Assembly (NCBI GenBank): GCA_002269645.1 | Contig: NIVC01000446.1 | Location: 530,078 to 594,077, forward strand | Origin: Macrostomum lignano | Lineage: Eukaryota | Direction of reading: 5' to 3' | DNA: 64,000 nt | In this document: in pieces, positions 1 through 11,431 of the stretch | How the letters are laid out: each line of letters opens with the position of its first letter | Numbering within the stretch: position 1 is the stretch's first letter | Made by a program: the position numbers and the translations under genes | The notes under the pieces: generated by a model | What the model saw: the letters and a program-made list of their open reading frames with translations, nothing else | What the model was told of the DNA's origin: nothing | The model's database searches: none

Positions 1-1381
1 TTTTTCAAATGCTGTGCTTTTTATTTTTTATATTTAAAGCAAACAACTTATATCCCCGAACTCAGCGTTGCAAGATCTTTCCAGCAATATAAGTCTCTCC
101 TCTCAAAGTTTAAAACTCGAGGAACAGTTAGCGTTTGAAATTTACCAATTTCCCGACTGCTTGACTGAGAGGCTCGCAAGTTTGTTCATTGAATTTCATT
201 GCCAAGCTAATACACAGGGCCGATAATAAAACCAATTGAATCTCGACACAGTCTATCTATTTACACTGTACAACTGCTATGTACACTCAGCCCAAGCCCT
301 ACCCCCGTTCTGGGAAAACCATTAAATTTAACTCAACCCACTCAATATGAAAATCAGTCTATAGCCCATGCACCTCCCCAAATGCACAGGGAGAGTCTAG
401 GCTTGTGCATTGCACAGTCAGAATTGAAATTAATGAAACCCCTCCCCAGCCACTTAACGTTTTCACAATTGAAATCAAGAAATTTTCTATGACAAATTGC
501 TCTGATGCAGTTGAGATTTCGGAACAGAAAAGTATACCATTCTGTTCAGTTTTTCAAACTCTTTCCAACGGTGTGATTCACTTTTCTGTAGCTTCAAAAT
601 TGAAAGCAGAAATTAAGGTGCAAGTTTTCCCGTTTCTTACTTACAGAGCGCAATGTACACTCGGAGTTAAAATCAAGCCAATCCATTCTCGCGCAGTGTG
701 CACCTCCACCCCATTTTAACACTGAGCAAGTAGGCAGGCCCGACCGCCGCCAACCAATTCTCGTCTCAAATGCCGGTACCCCTCCCACAGCTGAAATGAA
801 ATACACTGCAGAGATAGGAGAAAAGTTGTGGCGCAACCATACAAAATAGCGCCAAGTGGCAAGTCCATGGAATGCGATATATAGACATCTGGTTGTCTGG
901 TTTGTGCTGTTTTCTGCTTTTTTGAAGCACTTAAAATTGAAATTTGAAAATGAATTTTAAACTGTAGCATCGTCGGGACATTTGACATGTTTTGGTACCG
1001 GTTTGAAAGTTGAGTTGCAAGAATCCTAGGAGGAGATCGTCGACAAACCCGGCCCACCGGCCCACCCTACCACCGGACCACGACGTCAGCTTTAGTAAAG
1101 ACGAGGCCAACTCCTCCTTCGGAGGAGAAAGGGGAAGAACTCCCATCACCGGAATTCCATTCTCTGAAATTCATCAGCTGAATCCCATGACCCGAATCCC
1201 ATCATCCAACTGTTATCCAAATCTATCAAAATCCTTTCCGCGAAACTGAACACCATCGAAATCCTCTCCGCAAAACAGAAATCCTCTCCGTGAAACTGAA
1301 GAACATCGAAATCCTCTCCGCGAAACTGGACTCAATCAAAATTTTCTCCGTCAAAAAGAATAAAATATCAGGATTCATTGG

Positions 1382-1399
1382 TTAGGGTTAGGGTTAGGG
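1382..1399 (+). repeat. Interstitial telomeric tract (TTAGGG)3
   Basis: Three perfect TTAGGG plus TTAGAG, directly after GGATTCATTGG. Confidence 0.85.
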
Positions 1400-3229
1400 T
1401 TAGAGTTTGAGCTGCACAGAGCTGCGACTACAGGGCCCGATAAAAAATTGAGCTAATTGAATGTATAGATTGCACAATTTATTTCTCAGTCAGTCAGTAT
1501 CAGTTTCAGTGAAAGTTAACAAAAATACTGCGCAATCTAAATCAACCCTCTAATACACAGCGACCGACACCCCTTTTCAATACGCAGTGGCAGATAGAAA
1601 TTGAAGCCTCCCCCGCCTAACTGCTCGGGGTTCGGTTGAACGCCATTGAACCCGAAAATGAGTACAATCTTTGCAAATCGTTTGTTGGATGCTGTGCTTT
1701 AAGTTTTCATATTTAAAGTAAACAACTTATATCCCCGAACTCAGCGTTGAAAGATTTTTCCAGCAATATAAATCTCCTCTCTCAAAGTTTAAAACTCAAA
1801 GAGAATTTAGCGTTTGAATGATCCCGTTTTAAAGCATTGAAAAATCCAGTGTACGTGCACTGCGTACTAAAGAGGCTCGCAAGTTTATTCATTCATTTCA
1901 CAGGCTGGCTATAACACAGGGCAGCCTATTGAAAGGCAGAGATAATAAAACAAATTTATGGCGCAATCAATTTATTTCTCAGTCAGTCAGTAAGAGTCTC
2001 AATTAAAATGATCGCGCAATATAAATCAACCCTCCAATACACAGCGACCGCACCCCTCCCCCCCCCCCACTAAAGCACACTGAGCAATTAGAAATTCAAC
2101 CCTCGAACTTTATCTATTATGTCTCGCAAAAATGAGCACAACTTTAAAAAAAGTTAAAAGTATGAAAATAGTTTTTCGAATGCTGCGCCTTTTCTTTTCA
2201 TATTTGACTTGACTTGAGAAGCATCAGTTTATATGGAATTCAATCATAGGAGAGTTGAAAAATCAATGAGCTTTCGCTATTTGGACTGTGTACACTGCGG
2301 TAATTTATTTATTTAATCTCAATATTATCTCCAGCCAATCACTCAATATGAAAATCAGTCTATAGCCCATGCACCTCCCCAAATGCACAGGGAGAGTCTA
2401 GGCTTGTGCATTGCACAGTCAGAATTGAAATTAATGAAACCCCTCCCCAGCCACTTAACGTTTTCACAATTGAAATCAAGAAATTTTCTATGACAAATTG
2501 CTCTGATGCAGTTGAGATTTCGGAACAGAAAATTATACCATTCTGTTCAGTTTTTCAAACTCTTTCCAACGGTGTGATTCACTTTTCTGTAGCTTGAAAA
2601 TTAAAAGCAGAAATTAAGGTGCAAGTTTTCCCGTTTCTTACTTGCAGAGCGCAATGTACACTCTGTGATGAGTTAAAAAATCAAGCCATCCATTCTCGCG
2701 CAGTGTGCACCTCCACCCCTTTTTAACACTGAGCAAGTAGGCCGCCAATTCTCAAGTGCCGGCGACCCTCCCCCAGCTAAAATGAAATACACTGCAGAGA
2801 TAGGAGAAAAGTTGTGGCGCAACCATACAAAATAGCGTCAAGTGGGAAGTCCATGGAATGCGATATATAGACATCTGGTCTGGCTGTCTGGTTTGTGCTG
2901 TTTTCTGCTTTTTTGAAGCACTTAAAATTGAAATTTGAAAATGAATTTTAAACTGTAGCATCGTCGGGACATTTGACATGTTTTGGTACCGGTTTGAAAG
3001 TTGAGTTGCAAGAATCCTAGGAGGAGATCGTCGACAAACCCGGCCCACCGGCCCACCCTACCACCGGACCACGACGTCAGCTTTAGTATATACGAGTGGA
3101 ACTCCTCCTCTGGAGGAGAAAGGGGAAGAACTCCCATCACCGGAATTCTGAAGGGGAAGAACTCCTATCAGCTGAAATTCCATGAATTGAATCCCATCTT
3201 CCAAATCATCTCCAAATCCTCTACAATCT

Positions 3230-4290
3230 ATCAACTCCCATCTCTCATCTCTTGCGCCCTGCGCTCTGATTTTTATTTTTACTCTCTTCTTTCTCCTCAC
3301 TAATTACTCCTCTCTACACTTTCATCTCTCTCATCTCTGATCTTTCATCTCTTTTCTCCCTCCTCTCTCCCTTCTCTCGCTTCTCTCTCTCCTCTATTCC
3401 TACTCTTCTCGCTTATCTCTTCTCTCTCATATCTCATCTCTACTCCCTTATTTATCTCTTCTCCCTCGCCTTTCGTCTGTACCCTCTCCTGTCTACTCTC
3501 ATATCTTCTCTCTTATCTCTCCCCTTTTCTCTCCTCTCTCATATCTCATCTCTACTCACTTATCTATCGTCTCCGCTCTACTTTCTCTCTTCCCTTTTCT
3601 CTCTTCTCTCTGCTTTCATTACTCGTATCTCTTATACGCTCTCACCCTCTCCTTTCTTATCTACCATCTTTCTTCCCTTTCTACTGCATCACCTGTCTCC
3701 TCTCCTCTCTTTTCTCTCCTCTCCATTCCCTCTTCTCTCCTCTTATCTCCCCTCATCTCTTCTCTAATCTCTCCTCTCTCCTCTCTCATATCTCTTCTCT
3801 ACTCACTTATCTATTCTCTCTCCCCTTTTACACTTTCCTATATGCTCTCACTCTCACCCTCTCCTTTCTTATCTCCTGTTTTTTTACACTCTTTTCTATC
3901 ACCTGTCTCCTCTCGTTTCTCTCCTCTCTGCACTCTCATCTTTACCCTCTTCTTTCTCCTCACTACTTTCTTCTCTTAAATCTCTGATCTCTGATCTTTC
4001 ATCTCTCTCCTCTCACCTCTCACCTCTCTCCTCTCTTTCCTCTCTTCTATTGCCTCTGTACGCTCTTATCCCTCCTTTCTTTTCTCTCCTGTCTCCTCTC
4101 TGCTATCTCATATCTCCTCTCTCATATCCTCTCCCTTCATCTCCTCTCTCCTCTTCTCTCTCCCTCTTCGTTCCCGCCTTACTCCCCTCTTCTCTCCCAT
4201 CTGTCATGTCTAATCTCTCCACTCATTTCTACTCTGTTTTCTATCATCTCATCTCTCTTCTCTTTTCATTCTTCTCTTTACTCTCTTCTC
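3230..4290. repeat. Polypyrimidine (CT-rich) low-complexity tract
   Basis: ~1 kb almost entirely C/T on the + strand. It produces spurious Leu/Ser ORFs. Confidence 0.9.
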
Positions 4291-4720
4291 TGACTGATTG
4301 AAGATGCCAAATCCATCAAGATCCTCTCCGCGAAGCAGAAAAATCCTGTCCGTGCAACTGAAAACCATCGAAATCCTCTCCGTGAAACTGGACTCCTTCG
4401 AAATCCTCTCCTTGAAACTTAAATCCATCAAAATGGTCTCCATAAAACAGAAATCAATCATAAATTATCTCCGCGAAACAGAAATCCTCTCCGTGAAGCT
4501 GAACATCATCGAAATCCTCTCCGTGAAACTGAACATCATCGAAATCCTTTCCACGAAAGTGAACGCCATCGAAATCCTCTCCACGAAACTGAACACCATC
4601 GAAATCCTCTCCACGAAACAGAAATCCTCTTCGTCAAAATTAAAACATTGAAATCGTCTCCGCTAAACTGGACTCAATCGAATTTTTCCGTCAAACAACT
4701 CAACTCTCCGGATTCATTGG

Positions 4721-4744
4721 TTAGGGTTAGGGTTAGGGTTAGGG
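4721..4744 (+). repeat. Interstitial telomeric tract (TTAGGG)4
   Basis: Four perfect TTAGGG plus TTAGAA after GGATTCATTGG. Confidence 0.9.
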
Positions 4745-6379
4745 TTAGAACTACGCACAGGTTTGTGTTAAAAGGCACCGATAAAAATATTGAACTAATT
4801 GAATCAATTCATTGCGCAACTGATTTCACAGTCAGTCAGTCAATCTAAATTAACCCTCCAATACACAGCAGCAGTGAGAAGTTGAACCCTCCCCCAACTT
4901 TATCTATTACGTCTCGCAAAACTGAGTACAATTTTTGCAGAAAGTTAAAAGTATGGAAATAGTTTTTCAAATGCTGTGCTTTTTCTTTTCATATTTAAAG
5001 CAAACAACTTATATCCCCGAACTCAGCGTTGCAAGATCTTTCCAGCAATATAAGTTTCTCCTCTCAAAGTTTAAAACTCGAGGAACAGTTAGCGTTTGAA
5101 ATTTACCGATTTCCCGACTTCTTGCTAGAGAAGCTCGCAAGTTTATTCATTGAATTTCACTGCCCAGCTAATACACAGGGCCGATAATAAAACCAATTGA
5201 ATCTCGGCACAGTTCTATCTATCTTTTTACACTGTACAACAGCTATGTACACTCAGTCCAAGCCCAACCCCCCGTTACGGGGGAAGCATTAAATTTAACT
5301 CAACCCGCCAACACGCGGGGGGTTTTATTTGCATTGAACGTAGAACACGCGCACCCACCACCCCTCAATACACAGCGGCCCGCGGGCGGAGGTTGGGGTG
5401 GCTATTTTTACAAACTGGCTGAAGCCCCAGGCAGAGTGGCAAAAGAAGGTTATTGGGGGTCAAAAAAGCAGTTTACACTGCGGTGATTCATTTATTTAAT
5501 CTCAATATTATATCTAGGCTTGTGCATTGCACAGTCAGAATTGAAATTAATGAAACCCCTCCCCAGCCACTTAACGTTTTCACAATTGAAATCAAGAAAT
5601 TTTCTATGACAAATTGCTCTGATGCAGTTGAGATTTCGGAACAGAAAATTATACCATTCTGTTCAGTTTTTCAAACTCTTTCCAACGGTGTGATTCACTT
5701 TTCTGTAGCTTGAAAATTAAAAGCAGAAATTAAGGTGCAAGTTTTCCCGTTTCTTACTTGCAGAGCGCAATGTACACTCTGTGATGAGTTAAAAAATCAA
5801 GCCATCCATTCTCGCGCAGTGTGCACCTCCACCCCTTTTTAACACTGAGCAAGTAGGCCGCCAATTCTCAAGTGCCGGCGACCCTCCCCCAGCTGAAATG
5901 AAATACACTGCAGAGATAGGAGAAAAGTTGTGGCGCAACCATACAAAATAGCGTCAAGTGGGAAGTCCATGGAATGCGATATATAGACATCTGGTCTGGC
6001 TGTCTGGTTTGTGCTGTTTTCTGCTTTTTTGAAGCACTTAAAATTGAAATTTGAAAATGAATTTTAAATTGTAGCATCGTCGGGACATTTGACATGTTTT
6101 GGTACCGGTTTGAAAGTTGAGTTGCAAGAATCCTAGGAGGAGATCGTCGACAAACCCGGCCCACCGGCCCACCCTACCACCGGACCACGACGTCAGCTTT
6201 AGTATATAGATAGACGAGTGGAACTCCTCATTCGGAGGAGAAAGGGGAAGAACTCCCATCACCGGAATTCCATTCCCTGAAATATCCATCAACTGAAATT
6301 CCATGTCTTGAACCCTATCTTCCAAATCGTCTGCAAATTCTTTACAAACCTTTCAAGGACCATAGCTCAAAGACTCTTA

Positions 6380-7245
6380 CGTCTCTCATATCTCCTCTCT
6401 CCTCTCTTAACTATTATCGTGACTCTCTTCTCTCTCCTCTCTCTCATCTCATCTCTACCCCTACTCTCTTATTTATCTCTACTCTCTACTCCTTGTCTAT
6501 CGTCTCTCTTAACCCTCTCTCTCTTCTCTTTTCTCTCCTCTCTGCTCTCATTTTTCATATCTCATATACGCTCTCACACTCTACTTTCTTGTCTCCCATC
6601 TTTCTTTCCTCCTTTCCACTATTCCCTGTCTCTTCTCTTCTCTCTTTTCTATTCTCTCTATTCTCTCTTTTCTCCTCTCCTTGCTCCTTTCATCTTCTCC
6701 CCTCTCTTCTCTAATCTCTAATCTCTTCTCTCTTATGTTCTCACTCATCTCTTCTCATCGCATCTCTCATCTCTCCTCTCCTCACTACTTTCCTCTCTTA
6801 ACTCTCTCATCTCTGATCTTTCATCTCTCTCCTCTCTCTCCTCTCATCTCTACTACCTTATTTATATCTTCTCTCTGGTCTTTCGTCTCTACTCTCTCCT
6901 GTCTCATTTCTCCTCTCTTTTCTCCTCTCTTCTCTCTCCCCTCCTCTCTTATCTCTCCTCCCTCATCTCACTCTTTCTTTCTCCTCTACTCTCCTTTCTC
7001 TTTTATTTCCTCTGTACGCTCTTATCCCTCCTCTCTTCTCTCTCCTATCATCTCTCTTGTCTCCCTCTGCTATCTCATATCTCCCCTCTCATCTCCTCTC
7101 TCCTCTTCTCTTCTCTCCCCTTCGTTCCCGCCTTACTCCCCTCTTCTCTCCCATCTGTCATGTCTAATCTCTGCACTCATTTCTACTCTGTTGTCTATCA
7201 TCTCATCTCTCTTCTCTTTTCATTGTTCTCTTTACTCTCTTCTCT
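6380..7245. repeat. Polypyrimidine (CT-rich) low-complexity tract
   Basis: Diverged homologue of 3230-4290 in the next subunit. Confidence 0.9.
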
Positions 7246-7652
7246 GAGTGATGAAGATGCCAAATCCATCAAGATCCTCTCCGCGAAGCAGTCTGTGCAA
7301 CTGAAAATCAAAATCGTTTCCATAAAACAGAAATCAATCATAAATTATCTCCGCGAAACAGAAATCCTGTCTGTGCAACTGAAAACCATCGAAATCCTCT
7401 CCGTGAAACTGGACTCCTTCAAAATCCTCTCCTTGAAACTTAAATTTATCAAAATCGTCTCCATAAAACAGAAATCAATCATAAATTAACTCCGCGAAAC
7501 AGAAATCCTCTCCGTGAAGCTGAACATCATCGAAATCCTCTCCACGAAACAGAAATTCTCTCCGTCAAAATTAAAACATTGAAATCGTCTCCGCTAAACT
7601 GGACTTAATCGAATTTTTTCCGTCAAACAACTCAACTCTCCGGATTCATTGG

Positions 7653-7682
7653 TTAGGGTTAGGGTTAGGGTTAGGGTTAGGG
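7653..7682 (+). repeat. Interstitial telomeric tract (TTAGGG)5
   Basis: Five perfect TTAGGG plus TTAGAA after GGATTCATTGG. Confidence 0.9.
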
Positions 7683-10600
7683 TTAGAACTGCGCACAGGT
7701 TCGTGTTAAAAGGCACTGATAAAAATATTGAACTAATTGAATCAATTCATTGCGCAACCGATTTCACAGTCAGTCAGTATCAGTCTCAGTTAAAGTTAAC
7801 AAAAACATTGCGCAATCTAAATCAACCCTCCAATACACAGCAGCAGTGAGAAGTTGAACCCTCCCCCCAACTTTATCTATTACGTCTCGCAAAACTGAGT
7901 ACAATCTTTGCAGCAAGTTAAAAGTATGGAAATAGTTTTTCAAATGCTGTGCTTTTTATTTTTTATATTTAAAGCAAACAACTTATATCCCCGAACTCAG
8001 CGTTGCAAGATCTTTCCAGCAATATAAGTCTCTCCTCTCAAAGTTTAAAACTCGAGGAACAGTTAGCGTTTGAAATTTACCAATTTCCCGACTGCTTGAC
8101 TGAGAGGCTCGCAAGTTTGTTCATTGAATTTCATTGCCAAGCTAATACACAGGGCCGATAATAAAACCAATTGAATCTCGACACAGTCCTATCTATTTAC
8201 ACTGTACAACTGCTATGTACACTCAGCCCAAGCCCTACCCCCGTTCTGGGAAAACCATTAAATTTAACTCAACCCACTCAATATGAAAATCAGTCTATAG
8301 CCCATGCACCTCCCCAAATGCACAGGGAGAGTCTAGGCTTGTGCATTGCACAGTCAGAATTGAAATTAATGAAACCCCTCCCCAGCCACTTAACGTTTTC
8401 ACAATTGAAATCAAGAAATTTTCTATGACAAATTGCTCTGATGCAGTTGAGATTTCGGAACAGAAAATTATACCATTCTGTTCAGTTTTTCAAACTCTTT
8501 CCAACGGTGTGATTCACTTTTCTGTAGCTTCAAAATTGAAAGCAGAAATTAAGGTGCAAGTTTTCCCGTTTCTTACTTACAGAGCGCAATGTACACTCGG
8601 AGTTAAAATCAAGCCAATCCATTCTCGCGCAGTGTGCACCTCCACCCCATTTTAACACTGAGCAAGTAGGCAGGCCCGACCGCCGCCAACCAATTCTCGT
8701 CTCAAATGCCGGTACCCCTCCCACAGCTGAAATGAAATACACTGCAGAGATAGGAGAAAAGTTGTGGCGCAACCATACAAAATAGCGCCAAGTGGCAAGT
8801 CCATGGAATGCGATATATAGACATCTGGTTGTCTGGTTTGTGCTGTTTTCTGCTTTTTTGAAGCACTTAAAATTGAAATTTGAAAATGAATTTTAAACTG
8901 TAGCATCGTCGGGACATTTGACATGTTTTGGTACCGGTTTGAAAGTTGAGTTGCAAGAATCCTAGGAGGAGATCGTCGACAAACCCGGCCCACCGGCCCA
9001 CCCTACCACCGGACCACGACGTCAGCTTTAGTAAAGAGAGAGGAGGATTGTAAGACAATTAGCGCCTGAAAAATGAGCACTCGCAGATCGTGACCTACTA
9101 TTTTAGCTAAATCAACTATTATAGTTACAGAACCCAAAAGGAGATTATAAAAAGTACGTCGTAGATACGATCGACTTTTGTACTCGGCTGGTGTATAGTA
9201 ATTGCCATCTGACTTTTATGAGATATTGCGCGATTCTTTAGCTGAGCTCCCGCGTTGCAAAAATTGGCACGATTTTGTACAAAAATAATCATCCATATTA
9301 TTCGTCAAAGTTGATCCTTTTCTAGGTAATGTAATGAAAAAAATATAAGTTTCGACAGACAAGTATATTGCCAATATTTTAATTGATTTTAAAGTGCGCA
9401 AACTAAAGGCTTCATACATTTACACTTACGAAACGGTATAAAAGTAGTGCATATAAAGCCACTAAGCATAATTAATCAGCGCTAGCAAGGAAAAAAGCAT
9501 AAAAATTTCCGTTATTAATTAAGCCTCAATAAAAAAGCGGGTGTCTACTAAAAATAGTAAGGAAAGCGTATGGAGAGCAGTTTTTTACTAAAAAAATCGT
9601 TGAAAAATATTAAATGGACAGTATAACAATTTTAAACGTACTACGTACACGTACGAGCATAAGAGTACATAAGCGGATAATGCACTGATATATGAAATAT
9701 TTTCAGAAGTCTCTCAGGCCACACTATTAATGTACAAAACTTAAAATACACCAGAAACCAAAAGAAGGTTTGTTATTATACAGTACACAGGTAATTGATG
9801 ACTTATGAGCCAAAATGTGGCAAGAGAATTAAAATATTGCTCCACATAATATCTTTTACACAATATCTATACATACACTTATTCATACATCCATACTTCC
9901 AGGCCGTCAACCCCCCTCCCTCAAGCGTCAGACTCTTGCGACACAACCCTATGGTTCCATTCCGTGCCCGGCCACATTCATTTGAGACTAATTGCAGGAG
10001 TGCGCGAAAATCGGCCCTGGGGGGGGGGGGTTGAGATTCACAGCCATGAGGGACAACCTCTAAAGACACAGAGATTGTATTGAGTACATGCCTGACGATT
10101 TGACAGTCAAAGGGCCGCATGTACACCCTGTGTGAGCGTGTGTATGAGTGCGTATGAGTGATTATAAAATGACTATTCATAATAAGAAATCACCAGATAG
10201 ATAAAATATTAAAAAATAGACATTAAAAACAAAGTTGACATTGAGATTACAAGTTTATTAGGCAATTAGCTTCTGGACTTAATATAATCGTAGCTATTAA
10301 GCTTCACAAAAATGTTTAGCGATAGCTAATAGCAGTAGGACTAGAAGAAAAAATTCTGAACCGATGCTAATTAATGCCACTTATAACTTGCCACTATTTT
10401 CGTATGCAACACGAATTAGGTGTAAAAAATAGGTTAATTGATAAATGGCTCAGGTAAAAGATACAGATTCATCTTTTTACGAAGTCAAAGATACACACTT
10501 AAATTGAATAACTATACAATATAACATATCATAAGTTAGAAATGGTCTGGTTGATTTATATCAACCAGATAAATAATAATAAATAAGAAGCTTGTTAACA

Positions 10601-10884
10601 AGTACTACAAAGCAAGATAGTAATTATTACGTAACAGCTTACGTCATCGTTTTCGGAAAACTACACGGCTTGAAGCAGGCAGAGGAACTAATAAAAATTA
10701 CTCAAAATTCATTCAGAATTTTAAAGAAAAAAACATGCTTGAAAAAGTCTCCTTGCCCGTGGCTATGGTTACTAGATTGACTATTCTAGTTAGTAGTAAG
10801 TTACAGCCTAGGGCAGCTAGAAAAATATGGGCTTTTCCCCTAGTTCTGTTTATAAAAATTGTTTCAGAATTCCTTGGAGACCCC

Positions 10885-11390
10885 CCGGGCGCTACATTTG
10901 GCGCTGAAATTCCCTCTTCAGTGGCGCTACATTTGGCGCTAAAATCTACCCGTGGCGCTAACCTCTCTCTTGTGGCGCTAAATCTGGCGCTAAGATCTCT
11001 CTTGGCGCGCTGTTTGGCGCTAAGATCCCCATTGAGGCGCTACATTTGGCGCTAAAATCCACCCGTGGCGCTAAGATCTCCCTTGTGGCGCTACATTTGG
11101 CACTAAGATCCCCATTGTGGCGCTAAATTTGGCGCTAAGATCCCCATTGTGGCGCTACGCGCTAAGATCCCCTTGTCGCTAAGATCTCTTTGGGGCGCTA
11201 CATTTGGCGCTAAAATCCACCCGCGGCGCTAAATATAAATCTCCAGCTCCCGCTATGAGCGTAAAATCCTCCACGCGGCGATAAATTGGGAGCTAAAAGC
11301 CCCTCCCAGCGGCGCTACATTTGGTGCTAAAATCTCTCTCTTCACCCCTAAGCGCTACATCTGGCGCTAAGTTCTCCTCTGTGGCTCTCC
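10885..11390. repeat. Degenerate minisatellite built on TGGCGCTA
   Basis: Many TGGCGCTA copies in units such as TGGCGCTACATTTGGCGCTAAAATC, lying just 3' of the Shisa-like stop codon. Confidence 0.85.
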
Positions 11391-11431
11391 TCTGTAAGTT
11401 CTCCTCATTTGGCCGTAAAAAGTTGCGTATA

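Larger units (their letters stand above)
1..9036. repeat. Higher-order tandem repeat, ~7.94-kb period, made of three diverged 2.0-3.1 kb subunits
   Basis: The core GTGCATTGCACAGTCAGAATTG recurs at 405, 2406, 5522 and 8341 (spacings 2001, 3116, 2819; sum 7936). 1-1100 is near-identical to 7936-9036. Each subunit has a conserved core, a variable CT tract, ~30-bp GAAATCCTCTCCGTGAAACTGAAC repeats and a TTAGGG tract. The array stops abruptly near 9036. Confidence 0.93.

Noticed and set aside
405-1057. ORFs repeated in each satellite core
   Set aside because: Broken by stops and indels in B subunits, no recognisable domain, mostly non-ATG starts
1086-1108. Minus-strand CGTCTTTACTAAAG resembling U5 snRNA loop 1
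   Set aside because: No flanking U5 stem or Sm site, and not conserved in the B subunits
1382-1399. TTAGGG tract as a telomerase RNA template
   Set aside because: Templates span about 1.5 repeats; these tracts are 3-5 units and variable
4050-7489. Leu/Ser-rich and ILSVK-repeat ORFs in the satellite (also 15256 and 47948-48490)
   Set aside because: Products of CT/GA tracts and 30-bp repeats; stops and frames differ between subunits
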